A program made the translations under genes and the position numbers. A stretch of DNA of 64,000 nucleotides, from positions 160,001 through 224,000 of the forward strand of contig JAFATB010000014.1 in NCBI GenBank assembly GCA_019244185.1. The letters are read 5' to 3'. This stretch comes from Acidobacteriota bacterium. GTDB taxonomy: Bacteria; Acidobacteriota; Thermoanaerobaculia; Gp7-AA8. This document shows, one piece after another, positions 46,569 to 54,399 of the stretch. A model generated the notes under the pieces. It had not been told where the DNA came from, did not search any database, and saw nothing but the letters and a program-made list of their open reading frames with translations. The stretch's first letter is position 1; the number at the start of each line of letters is the position of its first letter.

Positions 46569-47128
46569 ACCAGTGATCCCGTGAAAGGCTGCAACTGCTC
46601 GCGGAGCTTGCGCACCGCGCGAAAGATGGTGTTCTTCGTGGCGTTCATGCGGGTCCCCAGGACTTGTCCGATCTCTTCGAGCGGCATTCCTTCGAAGTGG
46701 CGGAGGACGAACGCCGTCCGCTCGTTGCCGGACAATCCGGTCAGCGCCGCGGCGACGGCGCGCTGCATCTCGAGTCCGTGCACGACGCGGTCGGGTTGCG
46801 CGTCGTGCGAGGCGATGGTGGAGAGGTCGTCAGAAGCGTCGATGCGTCCCTCGCGGCGCCGGCGCGCGTCGAGGAGATCGAGCGAGCAGTTCACGCCGAT
46901 GCGGTGCAGCCAGGTCGTGAAGGTCGCTCGCGCATCGAAGGTGTCGAGGCGGCGGTACGCGCGGAGAAACGTCTCCTGCACGACGTCGTCCGCATCGGCG
47001 GGGTTGCCGGTGATGCGGTAGGCCATGCGGTAGATCGCCCGCGTGTGGCGTTCGACGAGCAGCCGGAAGGCGTCTTCGTCGCCGCTCCGGACGCGCTCGA
47101 CCAAACCGCTGTCGTCGTGCGTTTCCAT
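46565..47128 (-). CDS. ECF RNA polymerase sigma factor
   Basis: GDEDAFRLLV, DADDVVQETFL, FTTWLHRI, EEIGQVLG region 4. Confidence 0.95.
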   Translation of the reverse strand: METHDDSGLVERVRSGDEDAFRLLVERHTRAIYRMAYRITGNPADADDVVQETFLRAYRRLDTFDARATFTTWLHRIGVNCSLDLLDARRRREGRIDASDDLSTIASHDAQPDRVVHGLEMQRAVAAALTGLSGNERTAFVLRHFEGMPLEEIGQVLGTRMNATKNTIFRAVRKLREQLQPFTGSLV

Positions 47129-47137
47129 TCGAGCCGG

Positions 47138-47165
47138 TTAGACCCGCGATTCCGGAAAGAGTTAG
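47138..47165 (-). promoter_or_regulatory. ECF-type autoregulatory promoter
   Basis: Minus strand CTAAC-N17-GTCTAA, 9 nt before the sigma ATG; matches the common AAC-N17-GT ECF spacing. Confidence 0.6.
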
Positions 47166-47199
47166 TTCCGGGCCGAGGTACAGGACATCGCAAACGCTA

Positions 47200-48021
47200 C
47201 TACGCGAAACCCGCTTCGCGCACGATCCGCGCGCGCAAAGCCTCGTCCGGCATCGGCCCCTCGCCCGCGCGCAGGTTCGCGCGCAGATGCTCGAGGTCCG
47301 ACGTCGCCGGAATCGCGCACGTGATGGCCGGATGGGCGACGACGAACTTGAGCAGCAGCTCGCTCCACGTCGCGCACTGCAGTTCTTTCGCGAAGTCGGG
47401 CAGCGGCTTGCCGCGCAGCGAGCGGAAGACGGAGCCCGAGCCGAACGGACGGTTCGCGAGCACGGCGATGCCGCGATTCGCCGCGAGCGGCAGGAGTCGC
47501 CGCTCGGCCTCGCGCTCGGCGACGGAGTAGTTGAGCTGCACGAAGTCGATGCCGCCGCGCTCGACGAACGGCTCGAGCGCCGCGTACGCGCTGGCGGTGT
47601 AGTGCGTCACGCCGAGGTAGCGGATGCGGCCTTCGCGCTTCCAGGCGGCAAGGGTGGAGAGGTGTGTTTCCGCATCGACGAGATTGTGGATCTGCAGGAG
47701 ATCCACCCTGCCGCCCATTTTCTCGATGGATGCTTGCATCTCCGCGATGCCCGCCGCGCGTCCGCGCGTCCACACCTTCGTGGCCAGGAAGAGCCGGTCC
47801 GCGATGCCGAGCGACGTCGCGAGCTCGCCCACGACCGCTTCGGCACGGCCATACATCGGCGAGGAGTCGACGACGCGTCCGCCGCCGTCGACGAAGGCCG
47901 AGAGCACGTTCGCCAGCGGCTCGCGCGCGGAACGCGAGCCGCCGACGTCGAACGTCTGCCACGTGCCGAGTCCGATGACGGGAATCGCTTCGCCGGTCGA
48001 CGGAATCGGACGCGTGAGCAT
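47200..48021 (-). CDS. Aldo/keto reductase
   Basis: IGLGTW, DSSPMYG, FLATKVW, DLLQIHN, VQLNYS, NRPF. Confidence 0.93.
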   Translation of the reverse strand: MLTRPIPSTGEAIPVIGLGTWQTFDVGGSRSAREPLANVLSAFVDGGGRVVDSSPMYGRAEAVVGELATSLGIADRLFLATKVWTRGRAAGIAEMQASIEKMGGRVDLLQIHNLVDAETHLSTLAAWKREGRIRYLGVTHYTASAYAALEPFVERGGIDFVQLNYSVAEREAERRLLPLAANRGIAVLANRPFGSGSVFRSLRGKPLPDFAKELQCATWSELLLKFVVAHPAITCAIPATSDLEHLRANLRAGEGPMPDEALRARIVREAGFA

Positions 48022-48024
48022 GGC

Positions 48025-49338
48025 TTACGGTCGCGTGCGGCCGCGCTGCGCGCGCGGCGCGGGAGCCGGCGGCGCCTGCGCGGAACGCGCGTGCGGCGCG
48101 GGATGGTTGCGATGCTGCGGCGGGCGCTGCTGCGTGCGCGCCTGCGGATGTGACTGCGAACGCGACTGCGTGCGCGGCATCATCGGCTGCGGCGCCGGCG
48201 CGCGGTCGGTGTAGTCGAAGCCTTCGAGCTGCTTGCGCGGAATCGGGCGGCGCGTGAGCTTCTCGACGTCGCGCACGTACGGCGCGTCGTCGTTCGTCAC
48301 GAAGCTGATCGCGTCTCCGATCGCCTGCGCGCGTCCCGTGCGCCCGATGCGATGCACGTAATCCTCGGCATGCATCGGGAAGTCGAAGTTGATCACGTGC
48401 GAGATCCCTTCGACGTCGATGCCGCGCGCGGCGATGTCGGTGGCGACGAGCACGCGGACGTTGCCCGACTTGAACGCTTTGAGCGCGGCGACGCGCTGTC
48501 CCTGTGAGCGGTTCGAGTGCAGCGCGGCGGTCTCGATACCGGCCTGCTTGAGCTTGCGCGCGATCTTGTCGGCGCCGTGCTTCGTGCGCGAGAAGACGAG
48601 CACGGAGTCGAGCGCGTCGTGCTGCAGCAATGCGAGCAGCAACTCGACCTTGCGCGACTTCGGCACCGGATACAGCGCCTGCGCGACGGTGTCCGCGGGA
48701 TTCGAGCGGCGGCCGATCTCGACCGTCTCCGGATTCTGCAGGAACGCCGAGGTGACCTGTTCGATCTCGTTCGAGAGCGTGGCCGAGAAGAGCAGCGTCT
48801 GCCGGTCTTTCGGCAGCGCGCCGACGACGCGGCGGATCTGCGGAAGGAAGCCCATGTCGAGCATGCGGTCCGCTTCGTCGAGGACGGCATAGCGGATGTC
48901 GCGCAGGTCGACGTGACGCGACTGCATCAGATCGAGAAGACGCCCCGGGGTGGCGACGATGATGTCGACGCCGCGGCGCAGCGCGTCGATCTGCGGCTGT
49001 TCGCCGACGCCGCCGAAGATCGCGACGCGGCGGAAGGGGAGGTGGCGCGAGAGCGTGGCGATCGACTCGTCGATCTGCGCGGCGAGCTCGCGCGTCGGGG
49101 CGAGGACGAGCGCGCGCGGCGTGCGGCGCACGTGCGGCGGCTGCGATGCGAGCATTTCGAGCAGCGGAAGGACGAACGCGGCGGTCTTGCCGGTGCCGGT
49201 CTGGGCGATGCCGATCAGATCGCGGCCGGCGAGAGCGTGCGGAATCGCGGCCTGCTGAATCGGCGTCGGCTCGGTGTAGCCGGCGTCGGTGACCGCGCGA
49301 AGAAGAGTCGGACGAAGTCCGAGTGTAGAAAATGACAT
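48025..49338 (-). CDS. rhlE: DEAD-box RNA helicase (RhlE-like)
   Basis: PTPIQ, AQTGTGKT, PTRELA, DEADRMLDMGF, SAT, YVHRIGRTGR, basic low-complexity tail. Confidence 0.9.
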   Translation of the reverse strand: MSFSTLGLRPTLLRAVTDAGYTEPTPIQQAAIPHALAGRDLIGIAQTGTGKTAAFVLPLLEMLASQPPHVRRTPRALVLAPTRELAAQIDESIATLSRHLPFRRVAIFGGVGEQPQIDALRRGVDIIVATPGRLLDLMQSRHVDLRDIRYAVLDEADRMLDMGFLPQIRRVVGALPKDRQTLLFSATLSNEIEQVTSAFLQNPETVEIGRRSNPADTVAQALYPVPKSRKVELLLALLQHDALDSVLVFSRTKHGADKIARKLKQAGIETAALHSNRSQGQRVAALKAFKSGNVRVLVATDIAARGIDVEGISHVINFDFPMHAEDYVHRIGRTGRAQAIGDAISFVTNDDAPYVRDVEKLTRRPIPRKQLEGFDYTDRAPAPQPMMPRTQSRSQSHPQARTQQRPPQHRNHPAPHARSAQAPPAPAPRAQRGRTRP

Positions 49339-49441
49339 GCGGCGCCGAGAACCGGAGGGGGAGGGCGTAAATTGCCTGGCTCGAGGGTAGGGAAGAGAAT
49401 CGTATTGGCTCTCCTTAAAAACACTCGTTCAAGGATCGACT

Positions 49442-50875
49442 ATGACTCTCTTCCTCGTGATCTTCGGTGCTCTCGCGTTCGCGGCCGTCGTGGTTCTGGC
49501 CGTTCTTCTTCGCAGTCAAACCCTTCAGCGAAATCAACTGGTCGAGCGATTCCGCGGTGTCGTCGATGCGGATGCGGAACGCAAGCGCGTCCTCGCTGAG
49601 CTCGAACGCGAGCAAAACGCGGCGCGCTCTGAGACCGAGCGGCAGCGCGCCGAGGCCGCGGCGCAGCTCGCGTCGATCCGCAACCAGACCGCCTCGGATG
49701 CGCAACAACTGGCTGAGCTCCAGCGGAACATTCAGGGCCTGCGTGCGGAATTCGCGGCCCTCGATGAGGAGGCGAATCTCCAGTCGTTCGGCTTCTACAA
49801 ACCGCATTACGCGTTTGCGGACTCAGCGCACTACGCGGCAGAGCTGGAGCGCATTTGCGACGCGCAGAAAGAAATGCTGAAACAGAAGCGCGCCGCCGTC
49901 TGCCAAAGCGAGTGGACCGTGAACGGCAGCAAGGCCGAAGGTCGCAAGCAGGTGAATCAAACCCTCAAGTTGATGCTGCGCGCGTTCAATGGCGAATGCG
50001 ACGCGGCCATCGCCAAGGTCCGCTACAACAACGTCCACGTCATGGAAACGCGGATCAACAAAGCGTACGACGTCATCAACAGCCTCGCCGAGGTGCAGCG
50101 TTGCGACATCACGCGCGAGTACCGCGAGCTGAAGTTGCAGGAACTCCGGCTGGTGCACGAGTACGAGGAGAAGCTGCAGGAAGAAAAAGAAGAGCAGCGC
50201 CGGATCCGCGAGCAGATGCGCGACGACGAGATCGCGCAACGGGAGCTGGAGAAGGCGCGCCTCGACGCGGAGCGGGAAGAACAGCGTTACGAGAAGGCGC
50301 TCGCGAAGGCGCGGGAAGAAGCCGAGCGTGCGGTGGGCGCGAAACAGGAGAAGCTGCTGAGCGAGATCGACGCACTGCGGCAGCGGCTCGCGGAAGCACA
50401 GGCGAACAAGGAGCGTGCGATTGCGCGCGCGCAGATGACGCGTTCAGGGCACGTCTACGTGATCTCGAACGTCGGCTCTTTCGGTGAGCACGTCTACAAG
50501 ATCGGTATGACGCGGCGGCTCGATCCGATGGACCGCATCCGCGAGCTCGGCGACGCGTCCGTGCCTTTTCAGTTCGACGTGCACGCCGTCCTGTTCAGCG
50601 AAGATGCTCCGGCTCTCGAGAATCGGCTGCATCGCGCATTTCACCAGCGCCGCGTGAATCGCATCAATGAACGGAAAGAGTTTTTCCGCGCGACCATCGA
50701 CGAGATCATCACCACGGTCCAGCAGCATCACGGCGACGAGATCACGGTGACGCGTGCGGCGGAGGCGACCGAGTATCGCAAGACGCTCGCGCTGCTCGAA
50801 GCGGAACGTCAGCAGACTGCGACGCTGCCGATTCGCGAGGCCCCGGCGCCGGTGCGTTCCGTCGCCGCGGTCTGA
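49442..50875 (+). CDS. DUF4041 + T5orf172/GIY-YIG-like domain protein with N-terminal TM anchor
   Basis: TM, coiled coil, LMLRAFNGECD, EEQRRIREQMR, GHVYVISNVGSFGEHVYKIGMTRR, LGDASVPFQFDVHA, RKEFF. Confidence 0.9.
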   Translation: MTLFLVIFGALAFAAVVVLAVLLRSQTLQRNQLVERFRGVVDADAERKRVLAELEREQNAARSETERQRAEAAAQLASIRNQTASDAQQLAELQRNIQGLRAEFAALDEEANLQSFGFYKPHYAFADSAHYAAELERICDAQKEMLKQKRAAVCQSEWTVNGSKAEGRKQVNQTLKLMLRAFNGECDAAIAKVRYNNVHVMETRINKAYDVINSLAEVQRCDITREYRELKLQELRLVHEYEEKLQEEKEEQRRIREQMRDDEIAQRELEKARLDAEREEQRYEKALAKAREEAERAVGAKQEKLLSEIDALRQRLAEAQANKERAIARAQMTRSGHVYVISNVGSFGEHVYKIGMTRRLDPMDRIRELGDASVPFQFDVHAVLFSEDAPALENRLHRAFHQRRVNRINERKEFFRATIDEIITTVQQHHGDEITVTRAAEATEYRKTLALLEAERQQTATLPIREAPAPVRSVAAV

Positions 50876-50878
50876 CGC

Positions 50879-51475
50879 CTACGACACGATTTCCAGCTCC
50901 GCGACCGTCGAACGCAGCTCGCGCGGGAGCCAGCAGTACGGGCCGATTTGCGTGAAGCCGGCTTTGCGGAACGTGTTGCGGTAGAACGCGGCGGGACGGC
51001 GCATGAGGCCGTCGAGGTCGCCCACGATGTCGTCTTCTTTCGTGAGGACTTCGAGGAAGGCGAGGCCGTCGCATGCTTTCGCGATCGCGGCGATGCCGGG
51101 GCGGATGTCGCGCTCGGCGACGTAGTGCAGGACGTCGGAGCAGATGACGAGATCGTGGACACCGAGGTCGAGGGAGGGGAGCTCGTGGAAGGCGGCCTTG
51201 TGGATGTTGCGCGTGCGGCCGAAGCGCTCGACGGCGTAGTCGGAAGGATCGAGTCCGGTGTACTCGATGCGGCTGCGCAGCGCGCGGAGATGCGGGAGCC
51301 ACGCGCCTTCGCCGCAGCCGACGTCGAGCACGCTGCGCAGCGGGCGGCGCATCACGTACTCGGCCATGGCCACGGCGAGCGCCACCTTGCGGCGCACCTC
51401 GAGGTGCGAGTTCACGCGCGTGTCGGGGCGGTGGTACCAGCGTTCGAAATACGCGCGGTCGTACTCTTTGGGCAT
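50879..51475 (-). CDS. Class I SAM-dependent methyltransferase
   Basis: VLDVGCGEG motif I, GLDPS, DLVICSDVLHYV; start MPKEYDRAY. Confidence 0.9.
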   Translation of the reverse strand: MPKEYDRAYFERWYHRPDTRVNSHLEVRRKVALAVAMAEYVMRRPLRSVLDVGCGEGAWLPHLRALRSRIEYTGLDPSDYAVERFGRTRNIHKAAFHELPSLDLGVHDLVICSDVLHYVAERDIRPGIAAIAKACDGLAFLEVLTKEDDIVGDLDGLMRRPAAFYRNTFRKAGFTQIGPYCWLPRELRSTVAELEIVS

Positions 51476-51489
51476 CGGCGCGAATCGTA

Positions 51490-52377
51490 TTACGGCTGCC
51501 TGGTCGCGTAGGCGACGAGGCGGAACTGGCGGATCGGCGCGGCGCTCGGCGTGAGGCACGTGGCGTACGCCGACTCGACCGCGGTGTAGTGCTCGAGCGT
51601 GACCTCGTGGATCGTGCCGCTGTTGTCGCGCAGCTCGATGCGCGTGTGGCCGTCGACGAGCGACTCGCGGCTGACGAAGTGCAGGGCGTCGCGCGCGTGC
51701 AGGCTCGTGGCGCGGCGGACGAACGTCTCCGCCGCCTGTACCGGACGCGAGACGGAGCTGCGCCCGCGATACGACGGCAGGAGGATCTCGTCGCGCGCGA
51801 TCGAGGCTACGAGCTCGTTCGCCTGCGACGGCTCGACCGGGCCGTAGTAGAGACCCCACGGCAGCACGAGCGCGTTCGCGGCGAAGCGATCGCCGCCGAT
51901 GTGCGAGCACTGCCAGACGTCGATGCCGTCGTAGTGGCGCAGCGCGTCGTAGAGCGGATAGCCGCGGCGGCCGCAACAGGAGTCGTGCTGGCCGTGCGTG
52001 CAGACGAGGACGAGCGGCTTCGCGACCGGCGCGATCTCATCGCGCAGCGCCTCGAACGAGAAGGTCGCCAGCTCGTCGATCGAGTCGAGGTCGCGCATCG
52101 CGACGCCGGGATGGGGCGTGCTGCGCGCGACGTAGACGCGGATCGGGCCGAGGCATTCGTTGCGGCGGCGGATGAAGACGACGCGGCTGCGCTGGATCGC
52201 GCGCGTGGCGCGGAGCAGCGCGGTGCGGGCCGCGGGCGGCATCGCCGCGTCGGACATCGGCTCGCGTCCCCAGGTGATCGGCAGTTCGACGAGGATCCAG
52301 AGATCGACGCGCGCGGCGCTGGCGATGTTGTCGTCGCCGCGCAACCGCGCGGCGTCGGAGCAGAACGGGCGCCTCAC
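51490..52377 (-). CDS. Sucrase-ferredoxin family (Apd1/Aim32-like thioredoxin-fold [2Fe-2S]) protein
   Basis: FCS N-terminus, WILVELPITWG, LVCTHGQHDSCCGRRG, WQCSHIGGDRFAAN, YYG, YRGRS; GTG overlaps the upstream TGA. Confidence 0.9.
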   Translation of the reverse strand: MRRPFCSDAARLRGDDNIASAARVDLWILVELPITWGREPMSDAAMPPAARTALLRATRAIQRSRVVFIRRRNECLGPIRVYVARSTPHPGVAMRDLDSIDELATFSFEALRDEIAPVAKPLVLVCTHGQHDSCCGRRGYPLYDALRHYDGIDVWQCSHIGGDRFAANALVLPWGLYYGPVEPSQANELVASIARDEILLPSYRGRSSVSRPVQAAETFVRRATSLHARDALHFVSRESLVDGHTRIELRDNSGTIHEVTLEHYTAVESAYATCLTPSAAPIRQFRLVAYATRQP

Positions 52378-53603
52378 GCGTCCGGCTCGCCCGTCACGTT
52401 GACGAGCCCCTGCCGCGCGAGGTCCGCGACGAACTGCTGCACGGCGTCGGGCGCGAGCGCATCGCCGGCCGCGGTGCAAAGCTCGGCGACCGTCGCGGGA
52501 CCGCGCGCGAGCGTGTGCAGCAGCGGCTCGGTCGCGGCCGCGAACTGCCACGCGCGGCCGTTCGCGTCGAAGCGGATCGCGTCGGCGTCGCGGACGATGT
52601 GCAGTTCGCGCGGTGCGGCGAGCATCACGCGCGCATCGAGCGGCAGCGCCGTCGCATCGGCAACGCTCCACGGCAGATTCGCCCAGCCGCGCGAACGCGC
52701 GCGTACGTCGTGATGCGCGAAGTAGCGTGCGAGCAGCTCGTCGTCGAGCTGGTCGACGAGTTGGCGGCGCAGTTTCGCGAACTGCTCCCTGCGTTCGTCA
52801 TCGGATGCGAAGCGTCGCAGCGGCGCGCGAAAGTCGGTCGACGCGCGCAGCTGATCGCCGAGCCAGTGCACGAGATTGACGCCCGTGCGCTGGTGGATGC
52901 CGAACGTGAGATGCAGCGTGACCTCGCCGACGCCCGACGCCTCGTGCCACCAGCCGCGCGGGATGTAGAGCGCGTCGCCGTCTTCGAGCAATCCTTCCCA
53001 TACGACCTTGTCGGGCGCGGTCTTGTTCGGCGCGATGTCGTCTTTCAGCGGATGCGGACGTCCGCCCTCGTACACGCGCCAGTACTTTTTCCCGTAGACC
53101 TGCAGCACCACGACGTCGTGCGTGTCGCAGTGGCGGTTGAAGCCCTGCTGCTCGCGCCATCCCGCGTACAGATTCACCTGCACGGCTTCATGCAGCACCC
53201 GCTCGAAATCCTCGGCCAGCCGCATCACGCCATCGGCCATGTCGTCGACCGCGTCGATGATCAGCGTGTAGCCGTCGCGCAGCCGTTCGGCGAGCTTCTC
53301 CGGCACGACGAACGGCACGCGTCCGCCGTCGTAGCGGAGATACGCGTTCTTCGGCGCGAACTCTCCCTTGCGCACGAGGCGCAGGCGCGGCGGCTCGAGG
53401 CGGTGCTTCTGCAGCATCGCATTCACTTCATCCCACGAGAGCAGCGACTGGAAGCGCCCGCGCTCGCCGGGGAGATGCGCGAACGTGCGGCCCCAGACGC
53501 GCGTGAGGAAGTCATCGGCGCCGTTCGCGCCGATGACTTCCGTGAAACTCGTGCCGCGTGACGCGACGTCAGGCGTTGTCGGTGCCGTCGGAGTCACCGC
53601 CAT
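52374..53603 (-). CDS. JmjC/Cupin_4 2OG-Fe(II) oxygenase (YcfD/NO66-like) with C-terminal winged helix
   Basis: QVNLY, FNRHCDTHDVVVLQVYGKKYW (HxD), LYIPRGWWHEA (distal His), HLTFG; the nearest in-frame starts (ATG 53603 / GTG 53597) overlap the upstream peptide gene, so the start is uncertain. Confidence 0.9.
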   Translation of the reverse strand: MAVTPTAPTTPDVASRGTSFTEVIGANGADDFLTRVWGRTFAHLPGERGRFQSLLSWDEVNAMLQKHRLEPPRLRLVRKGEFAPKNAYLRYDGGRVPFVVPEKLAERLRDGYTLIIDAVDDMADGVMRLAEDFERVLHEAVQVNLYAGWREQQGFNRHCDTHDVVVLQVYGKKYWRVYEGGRPHPLKDDIAPNKTAPDKVVWEGLLEDGDALYIPRGWWHEASGVGEVTLHLTFGIHQRTGVNLVHWLGDQLRASTDFRAPLRRFASDDERREQFAKLRRQLVDQLDDELLARYFAHHDVRARSRGWANLPWSVADATALPLDARVMLAAPRELHIVRDADAIRFDANGRAWQFAAATEPLLHTLARGPATVAELCTAAGDALAPDAVQQFVADLARQGLVNVTGEPDA

Positions 53604-53871
53604 CGGTGCCGTCGTCGTCTCCTTCTTCGTCATCGTCGGCCGCGTCGCCGTCTTCGCCGTCGGTGCCGTCACCGTCGGTGCCGTCGCCTTCGCCGGCGTC
53701 GCCGTCTTCACCGTCGGTGCCGTCGCCGTCCGTGCCGTCGGCGTCGCCGCCGTCGGTGCCATCCGAATCGCCGCCCGGCTTCTTGCCGGGCGCGTCGGAA
53801 CCAGCGGTGGCGGCGAGCATCACGGCATCCAAATCGCGAATCTCATCGATCAACTGCATCTCTTCGCTCAT
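53569..53871 (-). CDS. 100-aa Asp/Gly-rich repeat peptide (putative RiPP-like precursor)
   Basis: GGAGG RBS 5 nt before ATG; N-terminal leader-like MSEEMQLIDEIRDLDAVMLAATAG..., then core with seven DGTD repeats. Confidence 0.85.
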   Translation of the reverse strand: MSEEMQLIDEIRDLDAVMLAATAGSDAPGKKPGGDSDGTDGGDADGTDGDGTDGEDGDAGEGDGTDGDGTDGEDGDAADDDEEGDDDGTDGGDSDGTDNA

Positions 53872-53902
53872 GCAAACCTCCAAATCAGATGAACCCGACG
53901 CG

Positions 53903-53936
53903 TGCAGTGCTCGGGCCAAATGCAAAGGACGGCCCG
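53903..53936 (-). promoter_or_regulatory. Tandem sigma54-like -24/-12 elements upstream of the peptide gene
   Basis: TTGGCCCGAGCACTGCA (53919-53903) and CGGGCCGTCCTTTGCA (53936-53921), both GG-N10-GC. Confidence 0.6.
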
Positions 53937-53973
53937 GGGGCCGCCCTTTTCCGACTGCACCGCGCGCGACATT

Positions 53974-54342
53974 CTAGAGGGTTGCCCGCGCCACCGCGTG
54001 TGAATTCGGCGTGCGGCCGTAGCGCTGCGTGGCCCAGCCGACGATCGCGCCGACGGCGCTGCCGGGAAGCATGACTTCCCAGAAATACTTGCCGCCCTGC
54101 ATGGCCACGATGCCGTACGCGAGCAGCGCGCCGACGGCGAGTCCGAACGCGATTCCGGCGGCGACGTTCTGCACCTTGCGCGCGAACCATCCCGCGGCGA
54201 TGCCGGCGATGATGCCTTTGAAGGTGGAGCCGATGACGATGCCGATGATGGCCGCGCGCACCTCCGGCGTGAACCACGCCGTCATTCCGTCGAGCGCGCC
54301 GAGGATGGCGCCGAGCACGATTCCGAGCAGTACTTTGTTCAT
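53974..54342 (-). CDS. Small 4-TM membrane protein
   Basis: Gly-rich hydrophobic helices, AGGAGG RBS. Confidence 0.8.
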   Translation of the reverse strand: MNKVLLGIVLGAILGALDGMTAWFTPEVRAAIIGIVIGSTFKGIIAGIAAGWFARKVQNVAAGIAFGLAVGALLAYGIVAMQGGKYFWEVMLPGSAVGAIVGWATQRYGRTPNSHAVARATL

Positions 54343-54399
54343 GGTGATTTCCTCCTGGCTACCTGTTCAACGCCGCCGCGAAATCCTTTAACGAGCGCG

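Noticed and set aside
50879-51475. Methyltransferase considered as a PIMT-like aspartimide-forming RiPP enzyme
   Set aside because: Looks like a generic class I methyltransferase without recognisable PIMT motifs and has its own -10 element; kept only as a possible operon member.
53604-53762. Thr/Ala/Pro-repeat N-terminal extension of the JmjC ORF (MAPTAATPTARTATAPT...)
   Set aside because: It is the alternate-frame reading of the DGTD peptide gene, which has the RBS and typical codon usage.
53569-53770. Short DNA repeats (CCGTCGGTGCCGTC) considered as a CRISPR array or VNTR
   Set aside because: No constant repeat with unique spacers; fully explained by peptide-level DGTD repeats; no cas genes.
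53558-53977. Plus-strand Ser/Pro/Val repeat ORF (PSVPSPSVP...)
   Set aside because: Antisense mirror of the Asp/Gly/Thr repeats; no RBS or other support.
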